Source: Diadema antillarum (taxonomy: Eukaryota). Taken from it: a DNA stretch of 64,000 nucleotides. Below are positions 12,657-27,300 of the stretch, in pieces (within the stretch, counting starts at the first letter, position 1; each line of letters begins with the position of its first letter). The translations under genes were made by a program, and so were the position numbers. The DNA is taken from contig NW_027271462.1 of assembly GCF_040938485.1 (NCBI RefSeq), positions 1,922,001 to 1,986,000 of the forward strand, in the 5' to 3' direction. The notes under the pieces were generated by a model, which had not been told where the DNA came from, ran no database searches, and saw nothing but the letters and a program-made list of their open reading frames with translations.

Positions 12657-15600
12657 ATGATGGATGAAAGCCTGGTCAAGTTTTGCTCTGGTGGTGATGA
12701 CATAAAAATCTGGGATTTGTCCAGCACAGCACCTCTGCAGCAGTTCTCTCCCCATACTGGGCCTGTTTCAAGTCTGTGTTGGAGCCAAAACAATATCCTT
12801 TATAAAAAATGTACAATGTCCGTCCACTCATCATTTGTTTGTTGACTTGTTTTAAGAAGTTTAACAGCATAAGTACTGCATCCACTCATCTTTCATATTT
12901 CATTTACTCTTTTTTTTCTAACAGTCATCAATTTATGATGTAGTCCATGATTCATGTGAAAGTATGAATTCTAGAATGTTAATCTTTGTTTTTGAGATTG
13001 GTAACATAAGATAATTATTCAAAAAGAATTAAATGTGTTTTTTTTTTGTCTGATATTTCACAGCATTACAGTTCAAACCCATACTTATACCATGGAGCTA
13101 CCCTACAGTGTAGCTCCCTGCTTCTACCACCAGTCAATTTCCGTCATAGTACATGTATGCTGATAGTAAAAATAAGGTACACTTTAAAAGGAGATGCATT
13201 GTATTTAGTAAGGACCACTGTAGGTCAAGAACATTCTAACAAAGGTAAAAATACACATTTTGTCAACAAATCAAGATGTATTATTGAGGATGACTTCTTA
13301 ATACAGATTTAGAGGTACAGCTATTATTACAGGCATGTCTGTATAACTTTTTTTCTCTCTCTCTGCCACTACACAAGTACATATTTATGCACTGGCTAGT
13401 CTTTATGTTAATATCTACAACACATTGCATGAGACTTGTGTATGGAGATGACCTTGCCTCTGCTAAAGTGTTGCTTTGAAGCAAATTTGTTGAATCAAAT
13501 TTTTTTTTCAGTTCTATACCATAATCATCTCATAAAAGAACAGACATAAAGAGGAAAAAATACTCATATTATACAAATTACAATATCAATGTTGTCATGG
13601 CATGGTCTGTGGGATGTGAAGTGTACATCGAACTGTGTGTTCCTTAAACTTGTTGAAATTCACATCAGTTGCTTGCCAGTGCCTCGTCTGTGGGTGACAA
13701 AGTGGTTCTGACGTACACAAAGAATGTGACCACCAATGTAATCGAGCTTGCTGAAGGGGTAAGTTTGCCTTGGACAAGATTTGTTTTTAATATTAGGTGA
13801 TTAGGTATCTAGACTAACTGGTCAGTAGTCACGTTAATTGAAGAAACTTTTGTCATGCTTATAGATGAAAGAGTTTAAACTGTGACTCTATTTTGTAATG
13901 CTTTATGTTTATTTTACAAGTAAACATATATCCAACACTCAAATTCATGCATACATCTCTAGTGCATTTTGTGAACTGCATTGAAAATATTTCATTTCAG
14001 GAGAAACAGACATGCCTTGCCCTAAACTCAACTACTCGCTACCTGGCATGTGGAGGCAAGAACCAGCTAGTCAGCATTTGGGACCTGAAGAGCAAAAAGT
14101 TACGGAAAACATACAAGGTACTGATTAATGTGTAGATTACTCTCATGCACACTGGGTGGAAATGTGAAATTCTTTGAAATATAGAGGAATATTATATGGA
14201 TGCTGAGCAGTGCTGGCTGCTGCATTAACCCATTGAGGATGAGTCCCGAGTATACTCGGGCAGCTGTCTATGGGAAATGCATGTTATAGCAAAATTAGCT
14301 TGTCTTCAATGGGTTAAAGAAACACAGAAGTTGAAACAGAGACATGTCAATATTCTTTTTAGTAACTCGTGTGATGAATTCTGATAGAAAACTGCTTGAG
14401 CTCATTCAGATGTTCTGTAAAGTACGATGCCACTGCATATACAGGTGACTTTGAATGATAGATTGAAATAAGACAATAAGATTGGTAGAAGTTCCATCAA
14501 AATCGGACATAGAATAAAGTTATGTGATTAAAAGCTTATCCTCTTTTAGGGGGATAAAGGGTACATACACATTCATTGCAAATTACTACAGGTGCACACA
14601 ACATGGCATGAAGTTAGATTTACTTTATATAGAATATCAGTGAGAAAGTCAGTGCAAATATGTAGCTGTGCATTTTAGTTTGCACAATATCATTTACTGA
14701 TACTGATAATACTGAAGAACTTGCCTGGCTTGCAAAAAGAAATATGCAATCAAAAGCATGTCATTGTCAAGCAAATTAAAGATTTGAGTGAACGCATGCA
14801 CATGTAGCATTGGTGGAAGTAGTGTTTCTTGCATGAACAGCAGCTGGTGTGGTGCATAAACAATGAATCCCACGAACATTAATTCATATAAAGTACCAGA
14901 AAGAATGTGAGGTGTGTGTTTGTTAGTGCACATCTATGCATGGAAGAAGTTATGACAGGTAAAAGATAAATGTTAAGAAGTGGGCATAGAGTATTGTGTT
15001 AACAAGGTGCGAAACATACAACTGTATTAAAGCTGAGTGATATACTAACTAGTATGATCTGTAATATGGAGATTACATTGATACAAACAAAGTTTGTGAT
15101 GTGCTCCTGGATGAATACCACCAGAGTAAAGCTGTTCCTTACAACTGATTTTTACTGACTTTCCTCCCATTTTCTGCTGAATACAAGGAGCATCGAGACA
15201 ATGTCACATGTGTGGTCTTCAACTGGAATGACACGTATCTCTCATCAGGCTCAGCTAGTGGGGAGATTCTGGTGCACAATGTGGTATCTGGTCAGCCAGG
15301 CCCACCAATGGTCACTCCCTCGGGCCAGGTAAAGGCTTAGACAGCTATTTGCTAAGATAAAAGATATCTATCATCCATTGATCAGGATGAGCCAAGGAAT
15401 GAAGGCATCGGCTACATCAGCTTGTAATGTCATTTCATATCGTAACTGATAATGGGGTCGTGAAACTGCATACATGTGTAGATCTCACCCAATGAAGAAT
15501 TCTGCAGCATGAATACTGGTAGAGGCCTTCACTTCTTAGTTTCATTTGATAAATGTTTTCAAATCATAAACAGGCATACATTGGCTGATGTGCCTTTGAA

Positions 15601-18600
15601 TCAGTCTTGAGAGTATGGTATTTCTTTTGGTAATTAAAAAGTGCTGGAAGAAATGTTTATTGTAATGATGTCCTATATTTCAACATCACTTTACACCTTT
15701 TTTTGTAATGATTGCATATGAAGATATGATGCATCACGCGTTACCCTGGGGTACCGTAGTACCCCAGGTTACCGCGTTGTGTAGGGCCACCCCACGTCCA
15801 CTTGAGGACAGCCGCAGAGAAATGCATGCATTGTGTGTGCGTGTACATAGTCACTCCCGTGCCACTGCATGTTATACGATGCATGCATGGCACGCTGTGC
15901 TAGCAATAGCGTGTGCTACAGTACACTGCAGTGTAGTGGCTAGTGCCGCTAGCTCCATCACCAAAATAATTTCCACTTTTTGGTTACCCAGGGTACAACC
16001 TTTTAAAAAAAAATGATAATTCAACAAAATTGCTGATTTTCATTTGGTACCCCGGGATACCATTTATGTCATCATATGAAGATTTGCTATATTCCCATTG
16101 TTGTATGCAGTGATGAAATGAAATTGATGGATTTCATTCGTCCTCGTATCAGACCATCAGGGACATTGGATACTCACACTTTAAGAAGTCTCTTCTCGCC
16201 GCCGCCTCAGATGACGGCAGTCTCTCGCTGTGGGACACCAACACCAACAAGATGGTGTCTTCTTTCAACGATGCGCACAGTGCACCCGCTATGTCATTGT
16301 GTTTCTCACCGGTGAACAACTTACTTCTCGCCAGCGCTGGGCTTGACAAGAAAGTGGTGTGCTATGACGTCAATGGCAGAAAGTAAGGGTTTTTTTGTCT
16401 GTTTGTTCGTTTGATTTCCTTGTTCATGTTTTGTTTTTGTTTTTGAGGTAGCTCTATTGAGCCCAGTGCCAGTGAACTAGACATGCATTTTAAGTGGTCA
16501 TTGAATATGCTGTGCTAAAGTTAGTGATGTAAATAATGAGAACTATGACAACATCATGTTGAATTATGTGAGAGATATGGTTGTTAGTTTTGTTTTTTGT
16601 GTATTTATATGGAGCAAAGTTTGACTATATCATGGTGCGCAAAGGCCTTGGCAATTTGTAATAATGCAGTAACTGATGTACTCACCTCCTCTAGCTGCAA
16701 AATATTCCAGCCAGGCAATTTTTAGCCATTGCACACATGCTTTTACACTGTGACCTGTATAAGCATCTACATATTAAAGCAGAGAATACTTGTGTGTTTC
16801 AGGACAATCAGGTTTATGACGGTGGAGTCTCCGCTGACCTCTCTGGCCTTCATGCACAACGGGGCGACCCTGGCGACGGGTTCAACGAGGGGCAAGATCT
16901 ACATCTTTGACCTGCGCATGGGCTCATCACCGATGAACACACTGAGCGCCCACAAATCATCTGTGCAATGCATCAGGTTCCAGCACCAGTCTGGGTCGTC
17001 AAAGGTGTGAATGTTATGTAGAGATGCTAGCAAGTTGGAAAAACACATTCTGTATACGCCAAATATTTCGTGAGGTTTTTATTTTCACAAATTTCATGAA
17101 TCGGGTGCTCTTCGCACACGCAGGAATATTTAGATTCATGAAAAATTAGACTTGCTAGATATATGGCGTATACAGTAGTTTGTAGTGTTAAATATGCACA
17201 TGATATGTATGTATATGTATATCTTCATTAAGTTAGGTATATGTAATATTTTGGGTTTGTTAATCCTATAACTCCTTGCTCAAAGGTGCCACTTTAGGAC
17301 AGACACTTTATAATGAGTTCAATGAATTTGTGACAAAATAACAGTCCGTCATATGTCAAGGTATGTTCTGGGAAGCAAATTCAGTTCTATTCTTTTCCCC
17401 GCGTGGTTTGGAGACCAGACCAAAAATGCTGTCAGTAGTGTCTTTACACACTGCAGCAATCACATCCTAATGAGTCTGTTAAGCGAGATTATTATCTGTC
17501 CTCCAGTGCATGTTATTTACAATGTAGACTTCTCAGTAATGTTGCTTCAAGCATCAATAACAATGATGTTTTATGATCTTGGAGTTTGATACTTGTGATA
17601 GTAACAACAATGATGGTGATGCTGATGGTGATGATACTACCATTACCAGTAATAATAATCAGTATAGAAGTAATAGTGATAAGAGAAAGAAGATGAAGAA
17701 GAAAAGTGATACCGACAATGACAACAATGATGATGGTAATGATGATATTAATGATGAATTTGTTATTTCAACATTTCTACATATTACCATGTCTGTCATG
17801 TTGTGACACTCCCATGATTTACATTCACCCCTGAATCCTGTTCTTTAATATGACAATGGGTTTTCAAACCTACAGACCAATGGGCCAGCAAGCAAAAGTT
17901 CGAGGGCAGTCAGTTCGCAGAAGAAGTCGTCAGCATCGAGTGCAGAACCGGGCGAGCTCGGCTCCATGGTTCCAGATAACATGAAGGCTTCCAAAGAGAG
18001 TTTGAATGAAAAGAGTCAGGGCGACGCGTTACCCCGCCTAAACCAAATCGACAACATGGATGTTATTTCACCAATCAGGGATGGTAAGCCTCAGCCAAAA
18101 CAGATGTTTTCGGGGGAAAGTGTAATACTACACTATGTGCAAGCTAACTTGGTATACTGGTATTGCCAATATAAGAGGAAGAACGAGCCTTAACCCTGAA
18201 CAAGCCTGGGGGGAGTGGGGGGGGGGGGGTGTATGGGGCCCCTCTCAGCATTCTGTTTGATATTTTTGACGGCACAATTTTTGTCACTAACATTTGCTAT
18301 GAACACAAGAAAGAAAATATGCATTATGTACACCAAACTTATGCCTTTTCGGAGCTTTATTTAGTGATTTGTAGCAGAAAGTCTGATTTCACACATACAG
18401 TATACATATAAACTAGCATAAATTATATATATATTTTTAGATGTCAACTCTACAATTTGAAGATTACGTCGCAGGCAATGAGTGTGCCAATTTTCATCAC
18501 AGTTGGGGGGGGGGGGTTGCTGGGAGGCTGTACAATTAGGACACCATATTAAAAATTGATGGGTTTGTTTTTTTGTATCTGTGTACCCACAGGAGGTGAC

Positions 18601-21600
18601 TCCACTAACTTGAGGGTGCCGTTGAGGAATGGCCCCGCCTCTATCACAGATGACCGACCTGAGACGGTGGGCAAGGCAGAGACCCAACAGAAACATAGTA
18701 GCCTGCCGGGTACGCACAACGTAATATCTTTTATTTTACTCGTAGCAATCACAGCTTTACATCGCAGCTGAGGGAAATAAATTTGGAAATGAAATAAATT
18801 CATTCCCCTGCCACCTCAGGGTGTTTTCATGGGTAGAGACATGTCAGATTCTGTGTTAGTAGATGGACTCGATCGAAATGGATTGCTTTTAGCAGTAATC
18901 ATAGTCATTTTTCCAAAAGTTTATCCTCTGCATAGTACTGATGGGACTGAATTTACAAAGGTGGTTTAAATCAAATTCTTTGTGTAAATGTAGTCCATGG
19001 ACTCAAACAAGCATGAAATAGGCATACCCTACACATGCTTGTGCCAGTCCACATTCATTATTGGATGTCTGTTAGTGTATGCCATATGTCATGCTCATTT
19101 TTTTTACGCAGTTGAAAAATTTGCATTATTCATGGCCTAAATCTGAACTTCCTTTGTAAATTGAACAATTCCAACCCAATAGTTTGTTTATAAATATATT
19201 TCTTACGGATCATTTTCTGGGATCATGTGATTGTGCAAAACATTGTACAATTTATGTCACATTTTGGCAGGGTGCTTTCATCAAATGCACAATCATGTTA
19301 TTTCCTCATTGCCAAGGTTTTTATCACAGTGAAACATCCTTCATGCTGACTGACTGACTTCCTGTTTTTGTCTTGCTTTACTCTATTTCAATGTGTTTGG
19401 TCGGTTGCTTTGTTTTTCCGTTCTTTCTTCTCTTTCTTTAACGTTCTCTTTATGTTTACAACCCAGGAGCCGGTATCTTCTCCCCTCTGTCGTCAGATGT
19501 GGACAACCCAAACGTCGACAGTTCTACAAGGAGAAATCCCATTGGCTCTGTAGCCCTGGAAGCCAGCCCCTTTGGACCAATCAGGCGGGCCCTACCTAAT
19601 CATGTAGATGGCGCAGACAATGGGACGACAATCAACAGTGTTCGCTTCAAATCGGTCAGTGATATGTCCCCTAACGGCACAGTATAAATAACTTGTTATA
19701 GCATAGCTGTGATTAACTGCATAATATTTACTTGTTGTTTTAAAGATGTCATAGTTTGTAAATGCAAGGTACAAATATCATTCATACAATATGATTACTG
19801 TAACCATGATGTGCTCTTTCCAGAACACTTCTCCTTCTCCATTGCGAGATCTTTCGTTTTATCATTTTATCCAACCAAGATATGCTGCTTGCTACATTTT
19901 ACAAGAATGGGCAGAATAATTTGTATGTAGGAGTCTATGAAAGAGTGCTAGTTGCTTCCAGTATTTAACATGTACTTCAATGGGAACTACAGATGTTTTA
20001 GATGTGTGCAGAATGACAAACGGGTGGAAGACATGCAATTTATTCAAGGGAGTCAGTGTGCCTCACTGAATACTCAGTATTCTACACAGTATGCCAGAAA
20101 TAGAAATTTTATAAAAGGGAGAAGGTTTCTGAGTAGTTTTCATATTTCATGAGTCTCATCAATGAAATTTTCTGTAAGGCTTGTGTTATGGTTAACACAT
20201 GGTTATAAAGCACCAGGGGCCCGTTTCATAAAACTTGTCATCAGTGACAAGTTAACATAGATGTGACAAGCTACTGAAATCCTTGTATCTGATTGGCTGA
20301 GGGCAAATTTGTCATAGAAATGTGGCAGTTGTCACTGATAACAAGTTTTATGAAACGGGCCCCAGGAATGTTGATCACAGTGAATGCCTGTACTTACTGT
20401 AAAACAGGATATATTCGCGGCATGAAAATTCCGCAAATTGGAGCCGACAACCTTTCTCGCGGCGTGACATTTTCGCGAAATGCCACTGGCGTCCAATGCA
20501 CATTGTGTAGGCAATAACTTTTGCATGCATTTTAATTTTGCGAATGCTGCCGCTCGCGAAATTCGCAAAATTAAAATGCACGCGAACATTCCTCGTTTTT
20601 CAGTATTTTTCAGCTGCATCAAATCCCACGAAATATTGCCTTTTTATTCCACGTATCTGTTTCAAGATGTCACTGTATCAGTGCTAATACATTGTGATAT
20701 TAAATGATGTCTTAACATGGTCTCACAGTGTATCAGTTATCTTTTATAGTATGATGGTAGCATGAAATGGTAATTTTCTGCTGGTTTCATTTTTCAATGT
20801 TTCCCATGTGATTGTCAGGTATATTAGGGTATTGTTTCAATTTATTGTTTACACAGCCTATACAAAGCAGCATCATTCCAGGAGACCCAGTAGTGTCCCC
20901 CAGACGGACCTCCTTCCCGTCCAGTGTAGCAGATGCCAGACACATTCCAAACCTGCTGGACCTAGCCCCTATTGGACAGGGCAGAGACGAGGCCACACCC
21001 ACCACAACACCGACTAGCCACAGACCAGGTAGGCTGTTTGTATACTGTGAATCTATTCTCTGGCGAAGCCAACTTTCATTTATGAATGTGATCTCAGCGG
21101 CAAGTTTAGCCAGGGCTTGATGCAACCACTGGCTAAGGGTCATGAGAAACTGATGTCAGATCAGCAAAGCTAAATTGCAAATAACCTGAACTGAACTAAC
21201 TCAGCTGAAGATAAGTTTGTGATGGCTCATTAAGATAGATGAACTTTTACTATGACAGTGACAACCATCAATCTTTAGCTTCATTTTGTGCTGCGTTTAC
21301 ACCATGTTCCCGGCAGCCACGGCAGTCACGTTTCAGGCCACCGTGGACAAAACGGGATGGACGTGAAACAACGCAGTGTGACAGGATAAGCAAACGTGAC
21401 CGGCTGTGATTTCTGTGGATGCTGTGTCAGATTTTATAAACTGTCCAAAAATTTGCAACAGCAGTCAGGGTGCTAATGATGAATTTTGAATGCTGTGATA
21501 AAACGTGGTGAACGCAAAAAAAATCATGATGACAAATAATAGGCTGTAACAAAACATGGAGGCAGTCCATAGCGGGATGCCATGGAAAATATTGATAGTC

Positions 21601-24351
21601 TAGCCTGACTGGACACCGTGAGAACAGTGTCTGATAGCTATTGTTATGTTCACCGAGGCGAGGACTGGAATGAACAAGACTAGAATTTGAAGGGGAGGGG
21701 GGGACAGGAGAATGTCTCATCTGCCCACCCACAGTGCACTACATTTCGGGCAAATGGGGCTGCTGGGGCCGCCAGGAACATGGTTTAAATGCAGCACCAC
21801 GGACCATGTTGACATGTCTGAATTCATTAAACCCCATCAAATTGTAACCTTGATAGGTGTCCTATGATAATCATAATGCAAATACTGTTTTAGACACTGA
21901 AAAACTTGTACTTTCTTTTCCTTCATATTTGTGCGTAGTACGCTTTCACTATTGTGAGATGTCACAAAGCTTCTTGTGTGTGAACATTTTATCTCATGGG
22001 GAGGAGTTTGCAGAAACACAGATGTTGTCGTTGAAATCATATTGGAACAGTAATTTAAGTGTATACAGTGCCTTTACTCCATGTTGTCCATGCACATAGT
22101 GTGTTGCAATAAATAGTCCAGTTTGTTTTTAGATGAACTGCAGTTGATGATATTTATGATGAATGCATTCCATTTTCGTTGGGGCATGTGCATTTCCTTT
22201 TCTCTCGGCCAGTTGTGTAATTGATTTCTGCCTTTGATCATTTACCCCTGTAGTGTTGTCTCCCGAGGAGGCACCCTCCAGGTTGATTCCAAAGAGTCTT
22301 CCCACCACCCAGCCCACCAAATTCATCGACCAGCTGAACCCAAGGATCCCATTGGAGGAGGACGTGGAGGAGGAGGAGAAGGAGAAAGCGGAAGGAGAGG
22401 GGCCGCGAGGGGCTGCTGCAGCAGGGAGCTCATTACAGAACACGCCATTCCAGACATTCCAAGTAGATTTCATCAAGGACCTGATTGAAGAATCATTAGA
22501 AGAGTTCAGGTACTGACTGTGGCAACAGAGATCATACTGATGAATAGGGCAGTATTTAAGATATACTTAAGGCTTATATTGTTAGGGGGTGGTCAGTTAA
22601 ACACTGGTTGAATCCTGTTTGCTGATTGGTCTACATCTAGTCATGTGACCAAACACAACACAGCTCTGTTGGAGACAGTGTTGGTGACAGAAATTGCACT
22701 ATTTTCTTTGAGGCTGTGCCCCTCATAGTGCCATTCCTGTTACCTCAAAATCCATAATTTCAACAAGTGATTCTGGGTGCTTTGTGTATTTATTGAATTT
22801 CTGATAGGATCAGTAACAGAAACATGTCAGGGCAACAGAAACTTCAGAGAAGGAGATCAAGATTTCTGTCTTCAGAAATGGATAAGTAGAGAGAAAGAGA
22901 AGGAAAGATGATGTCTCCTTCATAAGATATGTGTGCATTGTCATGAAAACCCTTTGCAACTACAACCATTTTATTTCACATGTGATGCTTAAGTTTGTGG
23001 TATATCTCAGATAGCATTGATATAAGCCCTCCTGACTATTAGCTGTTTTTCACTCAGTAGGATAAGCAATGTGGTGCTGTCCTGTTATAACAAACACAAT
23101 CTAACTAAACTCTCATTACAATGAATTAGAAATTCAAGTCCCAAAATGTGAGTGTTTGGCCATAATGAAATTTCAGTATAATGAAAGAAAACTGCCGAGG
23201 ACCTCATTGTAGTGGAAATCCCCTGTATTAAAAAACAAACAAACAAATGCTGTTTTGATTTATTTTTTCTTAAGCAATAAATCATGAATGCATGTTTTGT
23301 TTACTGCTTAGCACTATTCAAGAGGACAAGCAAAAACAAAAACAAAAAATTCTTTATAAGTCAGCATAAAATCTTGATATTGCCATAATTTATTACTGAA
23401 TGTTTTGTGCTGTTTCAAATGAAAATTATTTATTTGTTCCCAATTCATGTTAACTTCACAAAGTGTCTCACCCTATACCCCTGTGTTCCTTGACAGGATG
23501 GCAATCCATAGAGATGTCACCAACCTCCAGCTAGAGATGCTTCGACAATTTCAAATCCAACAGGTTTGTAGTTTCCCTCGTCAATGAAATTTGGACTTTT
23601 CTTTGTAGGCTTTTTTGTATTAACCCTTATGTTGCTATGGCAAAGACGCAATCGATAGTCGTTAACTGTCCATGCATCTTCCAGGTAATGCATGATGTGA
23701 ATGACAAGATTGTATGTATATCTTATGAAATGCATTTTATATAACTTCTTTACCGATTGTTAAATTTGCTCTATCAGTGTAATTAGCATATAACAGACTC
23801 AGCATGTCAAAATTAGGGCTGGAAGGTGCATTAATAAATGTGTAATTGTGCATATTCTCACAATTTATGCTATTTCAAAAGTAAAGAGAATTGACGGTGA
23901 CCATTATTTGTGCTTGTATGATATCTGCTTGACTTGGTGAAAACTTCATCCCGAGTTGTCAGTATAGGTTCCATGACATTTGTTCCTACGACAATTGCTC
24001 CCATGAAATATCTGCACACTAAGCCAAACATTAATTCTACCCACAAACATAACCCTAACCCTAATCCTAATCCTCACATCTAACTAAACCTGAAACCCTA
24101 TCACAACCCTGACCCTAACCTGAAGTTCCTGGAGAAAATGAGACAGGAGCAATTGCCACAGGAGCAAATGTCTTGTTACCGTCAGTACAACATAAGAGTG
24201 GATGTTTCCTGCTTACTGAGATCTCTCCTCACCTCATTCCCACCAGACTGAAATCCAAGCACTCCTGGAGCGGTACTCGGTGAACGAGGGACTGCTGGCA
24301 GAGATCGAGACCCTACGGGAGGAGAACAAGAGGCTCAAAGCAAAGTATTGA
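12657..24351 (+). CDS. NEDD1: NEDD1 (GCP-WD), gamma-tubulin ring complex targeting factor, about 677 aa, 13 coding exons
   Basis: Exons 12657-12792, 13664-13758, 14001-14117, 15188-15328, 16153-16382, 16803-17004, 17876-18083, 18593-18709, 19467-19654, 20857-21028, 22254-22509, 23497-23563, 24247-24351 total 2034 nt in one frame. WD40 N-terminus (GDDIKIWD, VSIWDLKSKK, FSPVNNLL, GKIYIFDLRM) and the C-terminal helix (TPFQTFQVDFIKDLIEE, LQLEMLRQFQIQQ, ENKRLK) match recalled NEDD1. Confidence 0.95.
12793..13663 (+). other. U12-type (minor spliceosome) AT-AC intron, 871 nt
   Basis: Donor ATATCCTTT, branch site TTCCTTAAAC at 13640-13649, acceptor CAC. Removing it gives WSQN-N-QLLASASSVGDK in frame. 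Confidence 0.95.
14229..14313. mobile_element. 85-bp piggyBac-like MITE
   Basis: TTAA-CCCATTGA ... TCAATGGG-TTAA. A diverged copy lies on the opposite strand at about 25687-25770. Confidence 0.7.
17050..17175. mobile_element. Short MITE in NEDD1 intron
   Basis: CTGTATACGCCAAATAT ... ATATATGGCGTATACAG inverted ends; TSD unclear. Confidence 0.5.
20217..20362. mobile_element. PIF/Harbinger-like MITE
   Basis: 22-bp TIR GGGCCCGTTTCATAAAACTTGT, 3-bp flanking repeat CAG (20214-20216, 20363-20365). Confidence 0.75.
21288..21797. mobile_element. MITE in NEDD1 intron
   Basis: GTGCTGCGTTTACACCATGTTCC ... GGAACATGGTTTAAATGCAGCAC inverted ends; no clear TSD. Confidence 0.65.
23965..24180. mobile_element. 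MITE with telomere-like core in the last NEDD1 intron
   Basis: GGTTCCATGACATTTGTTCCTACGACAATTGCTCC is inverted at the right end. Flanking direct repeat GTCAGTA. Internal AACCCT/AATCCT runs. Confidence 0.7.
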
Positions 24352-27300
24352 ACATGAACGTTGTGTCTTGTGTAGAGAGGGACTGCAATCACAGACCATT
24401 TGTTGGCATAGATACTGTTGAGTCTATGGGACTGTGTCTGGCAGCAGAGGAGAACACAAATACCATATCATCACAGGAATTTGGAAGTGACGCGACAGTC
24501 AGACAATGCTGACTACCATTGATTTTGTGTTGGCTTGTGAACTAGAGAATATTTGCCTCATTATTGTTCCTGAGAGGTCTACACTGCTAGCACCACCAGT
24601 CTCTGTGTGACATCATCAAGGTGAAAGACAGATTTTGTCTTCTATTAGCTGATGTCCAGAGTGTTGCCCTCCGACAGCTACAATGGACTTTCTGTGGCTG
24701 ATGCACATTTTATGGCATGCTGTTGACAAGTGACAACAAGGCCTTGCACTGACAACCCAGCCATGGTATGATATAGTGTCGGCAATCAGCCCCCATAGCA
24801 AAAGAACCAACATTTCATGTGTTCTCGGCATGTTCATGGAAAAATGTTGGTAAATTGTACACGTATGTTCATTTTGTGCCTGACAAAAAAACCTTCAAGA
24901 AGAAATAGCTGTGGACTTACTTCTAATATTGGACCATGCAGCTATTCTCTCAACCTATGGCAAAATATTACTTGGAGTGAATTCATTTCACACACTGGCA
25001 CCATTCTTGACTTCCACAGAAGATGCATTTTATGGGTACGTGTGTACAGCGTATATATTTCCAGGCTGGATTTTACAAGTGTTATGCCCACCTTTTGTTT
25101 CTTCCAACTTTGTCATGAGTGTAATTTAGGCTATCTTTCAAGATTAGGTTTTCAAGTTCATGATTAATCTTGGTCAAAGTTCAAGCTGTGGTTCCCTTCC
25201 TTGTTTTGCAAAAGAGCGTACTGTATCATGGTCGTTAAGTGTTTTCTTTTTTGCCCATAATGATTGACAATATTCATTACCAAGGAAGAGTCCTGGAAAA
25301 GATGAGTGAATTGTTGTCAAGAGATTGCTACAAAGTTTAGCACACCTGGACAAATGATTAGGAAATTTATGGCAATTATGCTTGTATGTAGGTAATGCAA
25401 AAATCATGTAATCCTTGCCTAAAGCAGGAATATTCACCTTGTGCTCCTAATTACCCATGCATGCATTGGAAAGCATGGAGTACCTGGTACACCAAATTGG
25501 GACGAGACAAAAAGAATTATAAGATACTTGTGACAAGTGTATGTGTGTCACTTAAAGTACATGTATGAACCTGCAAGTGCCTGCCATATCTAAATCTAAA
25601 TGGTAGCTGTAAATGCCTTTGTAGCCAAATGAATGGACCTAGCTTGCAATGTACAGCATCTATTAGAAGAAATTCTTCTTATTTTGGTGAGGACGGGCTG
25701 ATTTTGCTACAACACACATTCTCCATAGACACTTGCCCGCGTATACTCGGACTCGTCCTCAACAGGTTAAATATGTGCCCAGGATTGACCAATACTCAGC
25801 CAGTGGTTTATTAATCCTCTCAGGACTATCATATCCACATGTCATTGCAGTTGTACATGATAAACTAACCTTTGGTGATGATGGGGTTAATTGGTATGCT
25901 GGTGTTACAAAAGAAGCAACATGTGATTCTTGGTTTCCGTGAAGCATATGTTGATATGCCTGTATATAATTGACTGCCTTTTTTTTTTTATGTAAAGCAT
26001 TCAGATCTGCAGGCAGGTGGTGTGAATACTCTTACGAAATTGGAAGACATTTCTTTCTTAATCAATACACAAGTGCTTCTTTCCCACGGCTATGCAAAAT
26101 ATCAAGAGAACAAGGGACTAGAGGAGTGGAAGTTGGAATAAGAAAATCAGTGCATGTAGAATGAAGGAAGATTTCTCTCACTTCTAAATTTACTCCTTGT
26201 GTCTGCAGAATTATGCATAATGCTATGACGTCATAACTAAATTACATCTCGTCTTGATTAAGTCAAATCTAGTGATGAAGTGTAAATCTAGTGAAAAGGA
26301 AGATATTTATTTGTAATATATTGCATTCTATGGTTTATTGTATGTCTTTGCCTATGTCTATTTATATGGGGAATTTCTATTCTTATTGAGAAAAGATAAA
26401 ACAAACAAACAAGCAGACAACTGCACAGGAAAAGTGAAAACCATTGACTCAAGGCTTGTAACCACTAATGTTGTGATTCGTCCATTCAGTGAATGAATTG
26501 TTGAGCATTGATTTCACTCTATCCAGATATCCTGTACATTCATGACATATCTCTATAGTAATGCCGAACTTCTAAGACAGTAACTCTGCCTGAAAAGATT
26601 TTTTTTTTATTTTTTTTAAAAGTACGAACAATTTTTATGTACTTTTGTCACATAGCTTGCTGTTTAGTGATATTCTTTGATAGTGTGTGTCTACAAGTAC
26701 TGAACCCTGGTTGAGTTCTTTCCTGTTATAACATTGTGTACAGGTTCATCTTTTCTACTTCATTTTTTTTTTAACTGTTTGAAACGAGTTTCTACAATAG
26801 GCTTATGAATTGTTCATAGGCTTTTTTCAGTGAATTTTTTTCTTAATTTTTTTGTACAGAGGTGATGTGGTTGCAATGAAAAGCTGTTAGAGAGAGAAAA
26901 AAAAAAATCAGCATCATAATTGTCAGTACCAGCTTTGTGGCTGCAATGATGATTTTGACATTGGACCATTCTTAGAATGAGCTCAAGTATGTACATTGTA
27001 CCTAAGCAATCATTGTGGATAACAGCATGAAGAGCATATTAATATAACTCATCACCACAATACACTGTCATCAAATGTGAGTCAAAGAGAGTGCATTAAT
27101 TATTTAATGTCCTTACTGTTCTGCAGGTAGTGGATACAATACTATTCCGCTTCAAATAAATGGAAGCTGATAGTAAAGAAGTCAGAATTCACCTTTGAGC
27201 TGGAAAATACAGACAGGACTATGCCCACTTCATTGATCCAGTGAACCCATGAAGTGTCCGCCAAATTTTATCTGACACTCACAGTAATGTCAGCAGACAA

